Source: Candidatus Poribacteria bacterium (lineage in GTDB: Bacteria; Poribacteria; WGA-4E; WGA-3G). Taken from it: a stretch of 64,000 nucleotides of DNA. Positions 10,876-19,665 of this stretch are shown one piece after another. The notes under the pieces were generated by a model, which was not told the DNA's origin, searched no databases, and worked only from the letters and a program-made list of their open reading frames with translations. Numbering within the stretch: the stretch's first letter is position 1; every line of letters begins with the position of its first letter. The stretch covers positions 384,001-448,000 of the forward strand of contig CAXXLX010000001.1 of NCBI GenBank assembly GCA_963665235.2, written 5' to 3'. A program made the translations under genes and the position numbers.

Positions 10876-11418
10876 ATGCAAAAACAATTTGGACAAACGA
10901 AAATAGAACTTATCCAAGGGGATATAACGAAGGCAGCGGTTGATGCGATTGTAAATGCTGCAAATAAAGAACTTGTCGGCGGTGGCGGGGTAGATGGGGC
11001 AATACGCCGCGCTGGCGGTGAGGCCATTGAAAAGGAATGCTCTGCAATTCGCGAACGTTCCGGCGGGTGTCCAACCGGTAAAGCCGTTATTACAACAGCA
11101 GGCAACTTAGCCGCACAATACGTAATTCATACTGCCGGCCCAGTGTGGGAGGGTGGTGAAACAGGTGAGGCGGCACTGCTCGCCAGCTGTTACCGAGAAA
11201 GCCTCCGTTTGGCTAGCGAAAATAACGTGGACTCCATCGCTTTTCCATCAATTAGCACCGGGATTTACGGGTACCCGACAGAGAAAGCGGCAACCGTAGC
11301 TCTGAAAACGGTACAGGAATTGGTAGATAGCAACGCAGCAATACCGAAGCATATTCAATTTATATTGTTCGATGAGGCTACGTACAGCTGTTATGCTGAT
11401 GCACTTTTGGCACTTTGA
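10876..11418 (+). CDS. Macro domain protein (O-acetyl-ADP-ribose deacetylase, YmdB-like)
   Basis: GDIT, AIVNAAN, GGGGVDGAI and FPSISTGIYGYP motifs. Confidence 0.93.
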   Translation: MQKQFGQTKIELIQGDITKAAVDAIVNAANKELVGGGGVDGAIRRAGGEAIEKECSAIRERSGGCPTGKAVITTAGNLAAQYVIHTAGPVWEGGETGEAALLASCYRESLRLASENNVDSIAFPSISTGIYGYPTEKAATVALKTVQELVDSNAAIPKHIQFILFDEATYSCYADALLAL

Positions 11419-11497
11419 ACAGAACGCACACAATAAAAAATACAGCACCGGAAAAGGGAACTTTCAAACCCTATTATGAGCAAAGGAGTAGGAACAC

Positions 11498-12967
11498 ATG
11501 TTAACACGGATGGAGAAGATACACCTAAGAAGACAGCAGCGTCGACGTGCTTTGTTGGTAGCACTTGTGCTTCATGGCATTGCAGTTATTATGGTAAGTG
11601 TATGGTTCTTAAACCAGCGGATAGAACAGAGTGACGATAAACTTTACGCCGAAATAATGGTGCAAGCTTTCCAGCGGACGCAGGTTAGACGTGATATGCC
11701 GAGGCCCAGGCCTAAGCCGCAGCCCCGAGTGGTACAGCGAGTTCAAGATGGCAGGAATGGAATCTCAAGTAGAATGCCGAACCCGGTTTCCCTTGACCCT
11801 CTCTCACCACTTGAAGAGGAAACACCTGTAGTGCAGGAAACACCTTTAGATGTCCCCTCAGCACTAGAGAACGTCTCAAGACTCGCACCATCTCCGGAAA
11901 GCGTTTTATCACAGTCGCAACTTGATGGAACAGCACTATCTGGAGGTAACCCGGCTGAAGGGTTAGTCACGACCAGAGGTACAGGGGGAAGTGGCGGTGC
12001 CGGGGTAGGTGAACGCGGTACAGAACGTTCCGGTTTTGGAAACTTTTCCAAAGGTGCCGGTTCCGGGGCAGGTATATCCGATCTAAGTGAGGGATTTGGA
12101 AAGCTGCCAACGCTCAAAGATGATATTGGCAATAAGCTAGGCGGTATTTTGAAAGGTACTGGGGCAGAGCTGAAGGCACACATCCGTATCATCCGTCTCA
12201 AGCATTCGCTCAGCGACTGGTGGCAAGACCCAACAGCTATTCCTTCTCTGATTAAGTGGTTACAAGATAATTCCTCCGCAATAAGTGCTGATATCAGTTT
12301 CGCAGGCGGTGCATTACCGCTAACTGACCCCCGAATTTTGGACGCACCGCTCATTATCATGACAGGACACGATGTCAAAATGACCAGCGACCGAAATTTG
12401 ATGCGCGACGGCATGAAGATGACCCCCGGATTCACTACCGAAGAACGCGCAATGCTACGCAAATATGTCCTCGAAAGAGGCGGTACCCTCTTCTTTGACG
12501 ACTGTGGATTCAAATCAGGGCTCGCACGAATCGTTGAAGAGGAACTCCGACAGATATTTCCTGAATACGCCCTAGAAAAACTCCCACACGACCACGAAAT
12601 CTACAAGCTCTTTTTCACACTTCACAAACCACCTGAAGGCGGAGAAGTCTTTTGGGAAAATGAAAATAACGCACAACCTACTAAATTCAAGTTCCACCGA
12701 GCCATATACGTTCCACGCACGCCAGGCGGAAGGAAAACCCCAAATCTCAGTTTTAAAGATGCACAGGGCATCCTCCGAACCACGAATAGGTTGGGCGTTT
12801 TCTTCAATAGAAAGGACTATCTCTGTGCTATGGAAACCGCAGAAATACAATCTAGAACCGCATTGCGAAACCGACGCTCTAATGATGTCTACCGATTTAT
12901 GACTAACCTCATGATTTATACGCTGATGTACGGCGGAAACACTGACCGTTCAGAGTATCAAAAATAG
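11498..12967 (+). CDS. Membrane-anchored DUF4159 domain protein
   Basis: N-terminal transmembrane helix, Pro/Gly-rich linker, C-terminal DWWQDP..MTGH..LRKYVLERGGTLFFDDC..HEIY domain. Confidence 0.75.
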   Translation: MLTRMEKIHLRRQQRRRALLVALVLHGIAVIMVSVWFLNQRIEQSDDKLYAEIMVQAFQRTQVRRDMPRPRPKPQPRVVQRVQDGRNGISSRMPNPVSLDPLSPLEEETPVVQETPLDVPSALENVSRLAPSPESVLSQSQLDGTALSGGNPAEGLVTTRGTGGSGGAGVGERGTERSGFGNFSKGAGSGAGISDLSEGFGKLPTLKDDIGNKLGGILKGTGAELKAHIRIIRLKHSLSDWWQDPTAIPSLIKWLQDNSSAISADISFAGGALPLTDPRILDAPLIIMTGHDVKMTSDRNLMRDGMKMTPGFTTEERAMLRKYVLERGGTLFFDDCGFKSGLARIVEEELRQIFPEYALEKLPHDHEIYKLFFTLHKPPEGGEVFWENENNAQPTKFKFHRAIYVPRTPGGRKTPNLSFKDAQGILRTTNRLGVFFNRKDYLCAMETAEIQSRTALRNRRSNDVYRFMTNLMIYTLMYGGNTDRSEYQK

Positions 12968-12968
12968 T

Positions 12969-13096
12969 GTTGGCTATTGGCTATTGGCTGTTGGCAATTG
13001 GCAAGATGTTGTGATTCTACGAACGCGGTCTGACGCGCGTTAGAGTCCTCTTCCTCTTGCTAAAGGTTTCCATAAGCCATAAACCCATGAGCCAAC
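12969..13096. repeat. ~130-bp dispersed repeat with heptamer (TTGGCTA-like) ends
   Basis: Shares GCAATTGGCAAGATGTTGTGATTCTA and CTCTTGCTAAAGGTTTCCATA with the reverse complement of 55763-55893. Confidence 0.75.
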
Positions 13097-13126
13097 GCGC
13101 CATTTAGTGCCGGAGTCACCTCAAAT

Positions 13127-14308
13127 TTGGCAGACAGCAATTTTAGACGAGCGTCCCTAATTCTACCTATCTATCTGCCCGCTCTACTTCTGTCGATAGG
13201 CGAAGGTATTATTTCCCCAACGCTCTCCATCTATATCAAATCGTTTGGGTTATCCTATACCCTAACAACGGTCGTTATTGCAGTCAGCATTGTGGGTAAC
13301 ATTCCAGCCGGGATTTTGGTAGAACGTATTGGTAGAAGGCGGGGAATGCTGCTTGCACTCGTTCTGATAAGCGTGTCAATGCTGGGCATGAGCCTAGCAC
13401 AAAATCTTTATCAGCTTATCGGTGCGCAATTAGTCGGCGGCATCGGGCAAGCGTTATGGATGCTCTCTCGACATGCATACATGGCGGATGTGATTCCAAT
13501 AACGAAGCGGGGTGGCGCAATCGCACTGTTTGGCGGTGTCAATAGAATAGGCACATTTATTGGACAATTCGGTGCGATTTTCCTCGGAGCAAACCTACGC
13601 ATTCCGTTCCTCGTTTACGCAGGGATTGCACTACTTACCCTCATTATCACTTTCGCCTACATGCCGAGAACAGCACCGAAACCGGACAGCAAAAAACAGG
13701 AAGCACAACAGTCCTACCTGAAACAACTTCTCAAAATTTTCAAACAGCATGCAAGGCTTTTAGCGACAGCAGGTGTCGGACAAATTTGTGTCCAAACACT
13801 CCGACGCGGGGGCCGTATTATCATACCGCTCTATGCACAAGAGGTCGCCGGATTGACAACAAAAAATGTACGGTGGGTCGTCATGCTCTCCTCTGCTGTT
13901 GATATGTCAATGTTTCCACTTGCGGGGCACATGATGGACCGTTTCGGGCGGCGATATGCAACGGTGCCCGGTATCTCTATTTTTGCTACAGGGATGGCAC
14001 TCATGCCGTTCACGAAAACATTTGTCTGGCTGCTGCTCGCTGCAATTCTGATGCGATTTGGCAACGGCCTCGCCTCTGGAACGATGATGACACTCGGTGC
14101 AGATTTAGCACCTAAGGATGGCACCGGGGAGTTTCTCGGGTTGTGGCGACTTACTGGTGATTTTGGGGGTGCCGCGGGCCCCGTCATAGTCGGAAACATC
14201 GCAGATTGGTTTGGATTGGGCTTTTCTGGATTTGCTTTAGGGGGTATCGGGTATCTGGCGGTAAGCATCTTTCTCTACTTAGTTCCAGAAACATTGCAAC
14301 GGGAATGA
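13127..14308 (+). CDS. MFS transporter
   Basis: About 12 hydrophobic helices; motif A variants GILVERIGRR and GHMMDRFGRR. Confidence 0.9.
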   Translation: MADSNFRRASLILPIYLPALLLSIGEGIISPTLSIYIKSFGLSYTLTTVVIAVSIVGNIPAGILVERIGRRRGMLLALVLISVSMLGMSLAQNLYQLIGAQLVGGIGQALWMLSRHAYMADVIPITKRGGAIALFGGVNRIGTFIGQFGAIFLGANLRIPFLVYAGIALLTLIITFAYMPRTAPKPDSKKQEAQQSYLKQLLKIFKQHARLLATAGVGQICVQTLRRGGRIIIPLYAQEVAGLTTKNVRWVVMLSSAVDMSMFPLAGHMMDRFGRRYATVPGISIFATGMALMPFTKTFVWLLLAAILMRFGNGLASGTMMTLGADLAPKDGTGEFLGLWRLTGDFGGAAGPVIVGNIADWFGLGFSGFALGGIGYLAVSIFLYLVPETLQRE

Positions 14309-14310
14309 AA

Positions 14311-14396
14311 TGCCGGGAAAGGGACTCGAACCCTTACGCGCGAAAAGCACACTAGAACCTGAATCTAGCCTGTCTACCAAATTCCAGCACCCCGGC
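14311..14396 (-). tRNA. tRNA-Leu(CAG)
   Basis: Acceptor GCCGGGG/TCCCGGC, anticodon CAG, long variable arm. Confidence 0.92.
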
Positions 14397-14413
14397 AGCG
14401 GACCTATATTTAT

Positions 14414-14494
14414 ATTATACCGCTATTTTCAGAAAAAGTCAAATTAAAAAATAGGGTATTTAATTTTGACACATCTCTACATGTATGCTATAAT
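14414..14494. promoter_or_regulatory. Divergent sigma70-type promoters (tRNA-Leu and oxidoreductase)
   Basis: Minus strand TTGACT-17-TATAAT at 14442-14414; plus strand TTGACA-17-TATAAT at 14466-14494. Confidence 0.8.
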
Positions 14495-14530
14495 AACATA
14501 TTCATAAACAAAATAAGGAGCCAAAATGTA

Positions 14531-15559
14531 ATGGCAGATATTATCAAAGGCGCTGTTCTCGGTTATGGAGCAGCGTTTAATATGGGAAAAGCACATGCAA
14601 ATATGATGGAACGCACCGACGGCATCACATGCGTCGCTGTGTGTGACATCGATCCAGAACGCACAAAAGCTGCGAAAGCGGACTTTCCTGATATCCGCAC
14701 CTATACCGCAGTCGAAGACCTCGTGGCTGATGAAGAGGTTGACCTCATCGCGAACGTCCTCCCTCACAGTCTCCACTGTGGGCCCACTGTAGCAGGGCTC
14801 AGCGCAGGCAAGCATGCCGTCGTTGAGAAACCGATGTGTGTTACAATCGCTGAAGCCACCGAGATGATTACAACCGCTAAAGAGAACGGAGTCATGCTAT
14901 CGGTTCACCACAACCGCCGCTGGGATGGCGATTTCTGGACACTCCGAGAACTGGTACAGTCCGGCATCATCGGAAAGGTATACAGTGTAGAGATGTGGGG
15001 CGGCGGCTACGGTAGACCGAACCCGAATTGGTGGCGCAGTGTCAAAGCCATTTCCGGTGGACAATTCTACGACTGGGGCGCGCATTACCTCGATTGGTTA
15101 CTCAATGTGCTTGAAGCCCCAATGATTAACGTCACAGGTTTTTATCAACCCAACCTCGTTTGGAAAGACATTAGCAACGAAGACCACGTCCAAGCGATTG
15201 TGAGATTTGCTGAGGGAGAGTTTGTCGCGGATGGAGCGTCCGCAAACATCCAGATGTCAAATATCGCCAAGGTCGGCGGACCGCGATGGAAACTGCTCGG
15301 CTCACACGGGTCAATCGTTTCTGAAGGTGGACAATTTAATGTCCTCTCCGAAGTCGAAGGACACCCGAAGGAGCAGAAGGTAGGACATCACGGACGTCCG
15401 GGCCCCAGCTACTATCAGAATATCGTTGCACACTTAAACGATGGGACCCCGTTACTGGTCACCCCTGAGTCCGCTCGCCGTGTCATCGCTATTATGGATT
15501 TAGCTGAAAAATCCGCGAAGACACATCAGGCGGAAACCGTGCCTTATGAGTTTGAGTAG
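14531..15559 (+). CDS. Gfo/Idh/MocA family oxidoreductase
   Basis: Rossmann start, EKP, HHNRRWD and DWGAH motifs. Confidence 0.92.
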   Translation: MADIIKGAVLGYGAAFNMGKAHANMMERTDGITCVAVCDIDPERTKAAKADFPDIRTYTAVEDLVADEEVDLIANVLPHSLHCGPTVAGLSAGKHAVVEKPMCVTIAEATEMITTAKENGVMLSVHHNRRWDGDFWTLRELVQSGIIGKVYSVEMWGGGYGRPNPNWWRSVKAISGGQFYDWGAHYLDWLLNVLEAPMINVTGFYQPNLVWKDISNEDHVQAIVRFAEGEFVADGASANIQMSNIAKVGGPRWKLLGSHGSIVSEGGQFNVLSEVEGHPKEQKVGHHGRPGPSYYQNIVAHLNDGTPLLVTPESARRVIAIMDLAEKSAKTHQAETVPYEFE

Positions 15560-15627
15560 AACTTGGCCCTCTAATCCGTACGCAAGAGCGGAGCGATGCT
15601 TCGCTCTTACCACCTCAGCACCTGATT

Positions 15628-16644
15628 ATGAAAACTGTCGTTTTTGAACAAATCCAACAGCTACGCATACAAGATAAACCTATTCCCGCGCTCAAGGCCG
15701 GCGATGTGCTTATTCAGATGGAGCTTTGCGGTATTTGTGCATCTGACCTCGCCGCCCTCCGAGGCGATGTATCCGATTACGCGCCCCCTGTTGTCATGGG
15801 ACATGAGCTTGCAGGCGTAATCGTAGCGACCCGACATCCCGATGTCAAAATCGGGCAACGCGTCACCGTCAACCCTATGCTCTCCTGTGGCGAGTGTATC
15901 TATTGCAACAGTGACCAAGACAAATATTGCAACACAATTGAGGGTATTGGACACGACATTGATGGCGGGCATGCAGAATACATCCATATACCGAAACACG
16001 GTGTAGACACCGGTAAACTCATCCACGTTCCTGACAGCATTCCCCCGGAAGAACTGCTATTTCTGGAACCGTTAGGCTGCTGTATAAATGCGATGCAGGA
16101 AACTATTCTCCAAAATTCTGTTGCAATTCTCGGCGCGGGGCCCATCGGCTTAATACTCACCCAACTATCAAAACGGATGGGGTTAGCAACTTACGTGGTG
16201 GAACCCCTTCCGCACCGCAGAGCAATTGCGGAAACCGTCGGAGCGGATGCCGCATTTGATATTACCCCTGACGACATCACACATCTCCGCGATATGAACA
16301 GTGGAGGAGTTGATACAGTTATCTCCGCAACAACTAATAACGCCACAGCCATCGCGCTCACTTACGAAATAGTCCGCAAAGGCGGATGCATCAATTTCTT
16401 CGGACTTGCCCCCGAAGGCGAAGAACTTCACATAACGCTCGAGGAATTTCATTATACCGGACACAAGCTTATGGCATCGTGGGCATTTTCCCGTGCAAGC
16501 CTCGAGGAATCCCGCCAACTTCTTATAGAGAAAACTCTCAATTTTGCCCCATTATTAACCGACCGGTATCCAATTGTGGAAGGTTTAGCCGCCTTTGAAA
16601 ATGCAAGTGCCCACCGTGGAGTCAAAACAGTGTTGCACCCCTAA
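15628..16644 (+). CDS. Zn-dependent alcohol dehydrogenase (MDR family)
   Basis: CGICASD, GHE, CGECIYC..C structural zinc site, GAGPIG. Confidence 0.92.
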   Translation: MKTVVFEQIQQLRIQDKPIPALKAGDVLIQMELCGICASDLAALRGDVSDYAPPVVMGHELAGVIVATRHPDVKIGQRVTVNPMLSCGECIYCNSDQDKYCNTIEGIGHDIDGGHAEYIHIPKHGVDTGKLIHVPDSIPPEELLFLEPLGCCINAMQETILQNSVAILGAGPIGLILTQLSKRMGLATYVVEPLPHRRAIAETVGADAAFDITPDDITHLRDMNSGGVDTVISATTNNATAIALTYEIVRKGGCINFFGLAPEGEELHITLEEFHYTGHKLMASWAFSRASLEESRQLLIEKTLNFAPLLTDRYPIVEGLAAFENASAHRGVKTVLHP

Positions 16645-16835
16645 CCGTTTTACCATTCAGACTCCTAAAGCCAAATCAACGCCAAATGCGCGTATTGAAG
16701 TCAAAAAAATCGCGGGCGGCATAATTGCCACAACAAAAGCCCGCGGCGGAACACTCCACAAAAAATTAAGTGTGCCTGCCGAGGACACTACAGAAGGAGG
16801 CACAACAAGAACAGCGAGAACAGCTCCTTTGGCGG

Positions 16836-17873
16836 TTACTCACCTTTCGCGCTTTGTTTGAGTGCCCCCCACGTTATCGTTTTTTTTTCTTTCGGTGAAA
16901 CAGACAACGCACCTTCTATCCAATCCGGACGTGTCTCAGTCTTCTCCCCCCAGGTCAAACGTCTGAGGTTCCGTGTCTTAAACTCATAGCGATAGATATC
17001 ATAATTCGCATTGGGTCTATCCCAGAACTTCACGTCGAAAAGAAGCGCACTGTCGTTTGCAGTCCAACTAAAGGTGCCGAAAAGAAAATCATCAGAGAGT
17101 AAGTCAACTTTGTCATGGAGACCCGAAACGACTTTTGCTCTGCCACCGATACGCAGAATCATCACGCGCTGCACATTTGCACCGAAGAGGTAATCATCAA
17201 AGATAACCTGTTGTCCATCCGAAGACCAGCGCGGGAAGAACCTCATGATGACCTCATCCGCACCCGGCTCAGGGTCAGGGAGGAGAGGACGCTGATTCTC
17301 ACCAGTAGCATCCATCACATAGATATTTTTATGGCTGAACGCGTTGCCACTGCGTATAAACTTCTCGTAAACGATAGCAGTCCCATCAGGCGACCAGTCG
17401 GGGGCAGCAGAACCTTGCCCCACTTCAACCCCCTCGATATTCGTTAGCTGCGTGACATGGCGCGTCGCTACGTCTATAACATACACCTCCATTTGTCCGG
17501 TTCGGCTGCTGGCAAAGACGATTTTCTTGCCATCGGGCGACCAAGATGGATACCCATCGCGGGCATTGTTATCGGTGAGGCGTTGAAGGTTCGTTCCATC
17601 GGCATTTATGACAAACAACTCATAAGAATTCTGTCTATTTTCTTTCATTTCTCGGACAAAGACAATTTGTTTACCATCGGGCGACCAGCGCGGGTAACTA
17701 TCGTACCACTGCGGGGCGTTTGTGAGCCTGCGTTTTCCACCGCCATTATCGTTCATAACCATTATGTCTCCTGCAGCACAAAAGACGATTTTCGCCTCAA
17801 TCGCAGGGCAAAACAACAAAACGGAAACCATAGAGCAGGAAATGATGAAATAGAGGTGCTTTGGAGCGTTCAT
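16836..17873 (-). CDS. Secreted TolB-like (PD40 repeat) beta-propeller protein with a C-terminal WGxLK tail
   Basis: Signal peptide, repeated PxWSPDG, C-terminus VSPKEKKTITWGALK. Confidence 0.85.
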   Translation of the reverse strand: MNAPKHLYFIISCSMVSVLLFCPAIEAKIVFCAAGDIMVMNDNGGGKRRLTNAPQWYDSYPRWSPDGKQIVFVREMKENRQNSYELFVINADGTNLQRLTDNNARDGYPSWSPDGKKIVFASSRTGQMEVYVIDVATRHVTQLTNIEGVEVGQGSAAPDWSPDGTAIVYEKFIRSGNAFSHKNIYVMDATGENQRPLLPDPEPGADEVIMRFFPRWSSDGQQVIFDDYLFGANVQRVMILRIGGRAKVVSGLHDKVDLLSDDFLFGTFSWTANDSALLFDVKFWDRPNANYDIYRYEFKTRNLRRLTWGEKTETRPDWIEGALSVSPKEKKTITWGALKQSAKGE

Positions 17874-18095
17874 GTGTGGACTCCTTTTTTTCTTTGGCAA
17901 CGTGAGCGGAGAACCGACCTCTCGGGGCTCCCTTAGTAAAGAAGAAATCTCCTGCTGTCTAAAGCAGAATCCTAAAATACGATTTCGGTGAAAGGGAGCC
18001 CATATTGACGTATACCTTTAGACGATATTAAGAGTATAACACTTTTTTCATTTTTGGGTCAACTCTTTTTTGTTTGGATTTCCATTCACCAATTT

Positions 18096-18124
18096 TTGAC
18101 AATTCTCGCCAAATATGTTATAAT
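18096..18124 (+). promoter_or_regulatory. Consensus sigma70 promoter upstream of the repeat array and WD40 gene
   Basis: TTGACA-17 bp-TATAAT with an extended TG. Confidence 0.75.
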
Positions 18125-18208
18125 AGGATGTTGTAACGTAATGTAATACCATTTTTATTAATTATTCTATCATTACCGGTTGTTAGAAATCAAACGGAGA
18201 ACGGAAGA

Positions 18209-18550
18209 CACAAACTGGAAGTTTATGCTACAAGAAAGTGCACAAACTGGAAGTTTATGCTACAAGAAAGTGCACAAACTGGAAGTTTATGCTACAAGAA
18301 AGTGCACAAACTGGAAGTTTATGCTACAAGAAAGTGCACAAACTGGAAGTTTATGCTACAAGAAAGTGCACAAACTGGAAGTTTATGCTACAAGAAAGTG
18401 CACAAACTGGAAGTTTATGCTACAAGAAAGTGCACAAACTGGAAGTTTATGCTACAAGAAAGTGCACAAACAATGCTACAAGAAAGTGCACAAACTGGAA
18501 GTTTATGCTACAAGAAAGTGCACAAACTGGAAGTTTATGCTACAAGAAAG
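18209..18550. repeat. Tandem array of a 32-bp GTAG-REP-like unit (11 units, one internally deleted)
   Basis: Unit CACAAACTGGAAGTTTATGCTACAAGAAAGTG. Its reverse complement holds GTAGCATAAAC-TTCCA-GTTTGTGC, which forms a hairpin. Confidence 0.92.
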
Positions 18551-18646
18551 AGACATTTCCAATTAGAAATGGTATAAGTTCAGGCGAGCTGGAGATGGAA
18601 CCTCCGGCACCGACAAAACGTTCATGCAAAAAAGGAACGATTTTTG

Positions 18647-19573
18647 ATGAAAAGGAACGAAAATATACCGACTGCCCTATCGAATTTACCCGAGGGAGCC
18701 AAAGCACGTCTCGGTAAAGGGCACATAACTGGGGATATCGTGTACTCCCCGGATGGTGCCCGTTTGGGCGTAGCAGGTGCTATCGGTATTTGGGTCTACG
18801 ACGCGAAAACCTATCAAGAGTTAACCCTACTTGTAGGACATACGCATTCTGTCTTCAGCGTAGCGTTCAGTCCGGATGGGCAGACACTTGTAAGTGGAAG
18901 TCGGGACAGCACTATCTGTTTGTGGGACACAAAAACAGGCGAACATAAACACACACTCGAAGGACACACCTCTGGGGTTTATAGTGTAACGTTCAGTCCA
19001 GATGGAAAAACAGTAGCAAGTGGCGGTTACGATAAAACTATTCGCTTATGGAACGCAAAAACAGGCGAACACAAGAAAACACTCACTGGACATACGTCCG
19101 ATGTAGAAAGCGTAACGTTCAGTCCAGATGGACAAACAGTAGCAAGCGGGAGTTATGACAAAACTATCCGGTTATGGGATGTCGCAACGGGAAAACACAA
19201 GAAAACACTCACTGGACATGCGTATGATATCCATAGCGTAGCATTCAGTCCGGATGGACAAACAGTAGCAAGTGGGAGCCATGATAAAACTATCCGTTTA
19301 TGGGATGTCGCAACGGGAAAACACAAAAAAACACTCAACGGACATACATCTGGGGTCAATAGTGTAACGTTCAGTCCAGATGGAGTGACGCTCGCAAGTG
19401 GGAGTCACGACAAAACTGTCCGTTTATGGGATGTGGCAACAGGAGAACACAAGAAAACACTCAACGGACATACGTCCGATGTCTTCAGCATAACGTTCAG
19501 TCCGGATGGGTTGACGGTTGCAAGTGGAAGCTCTGATGGTACAGTGTTGCTGTGGCACATCACACCTACTTAA
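18647..19573 (+). CDS. WD40 repeat protein
   Basis: Highly similar 42-aa repeats GHT..V.SV.FSPDG.T.ASGS.DKTIRLWD; N-terminal LPEGAKARLGKG. Confidence 0.92.
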   Translation: MKRNENIPTALSNLPEGAKARLGKGHITGDIVYSPDGARLGVAGAIGIWVYDAKTYQELTLLVGHTHSVFSVAFSPDGQTLVSGSRDSTICLWDTKTGEHKHTLEGHTSGVYSVTFSPDGKTVASGGYDKTIRLWNAKTGEHKKTLTGHTSDVESVTFSPDGQTVASGSYDKTIRLWDVATGKHKKTLTGHAYDIHSVAFSPDGQTVASGSHDKTIRLWDVATGKHKKTLNGHTSGVNSVTFSPDGVTLASGSHDKTVRLWDVATGEHKKTLNGHTSDVFSITFSPDGLTVASGSSDGTVLLWHITPT

Positions 19574-19665
19574 CCCAGAGACGTGGATATCCCACATACT
19601 TTAACAGAAGAAGGGAAACCGAATTCAGGCAGCTTTCAAACTGCCGAAATTGGTTAAAGAAAAAT

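Noticed and set aside
11743-12513. Long antisense or alternate-frame ORFs (also 37190..38116, 45949..46725, 49580..50263)
   Set aside because: Fully nested in well-supported genes and lacking recognisable motifs
18209-18550. CRISPR array
   Set aside because: Units are contiguous and identical, with no unique spacers and no cas genes; this is a REP tandem repeat
18180-18717. Three overlapping ORFs in the repeat array
   Set aside because: They arise because the 32-bp unit lacks stops in all plus frames; nothing indicates real coding
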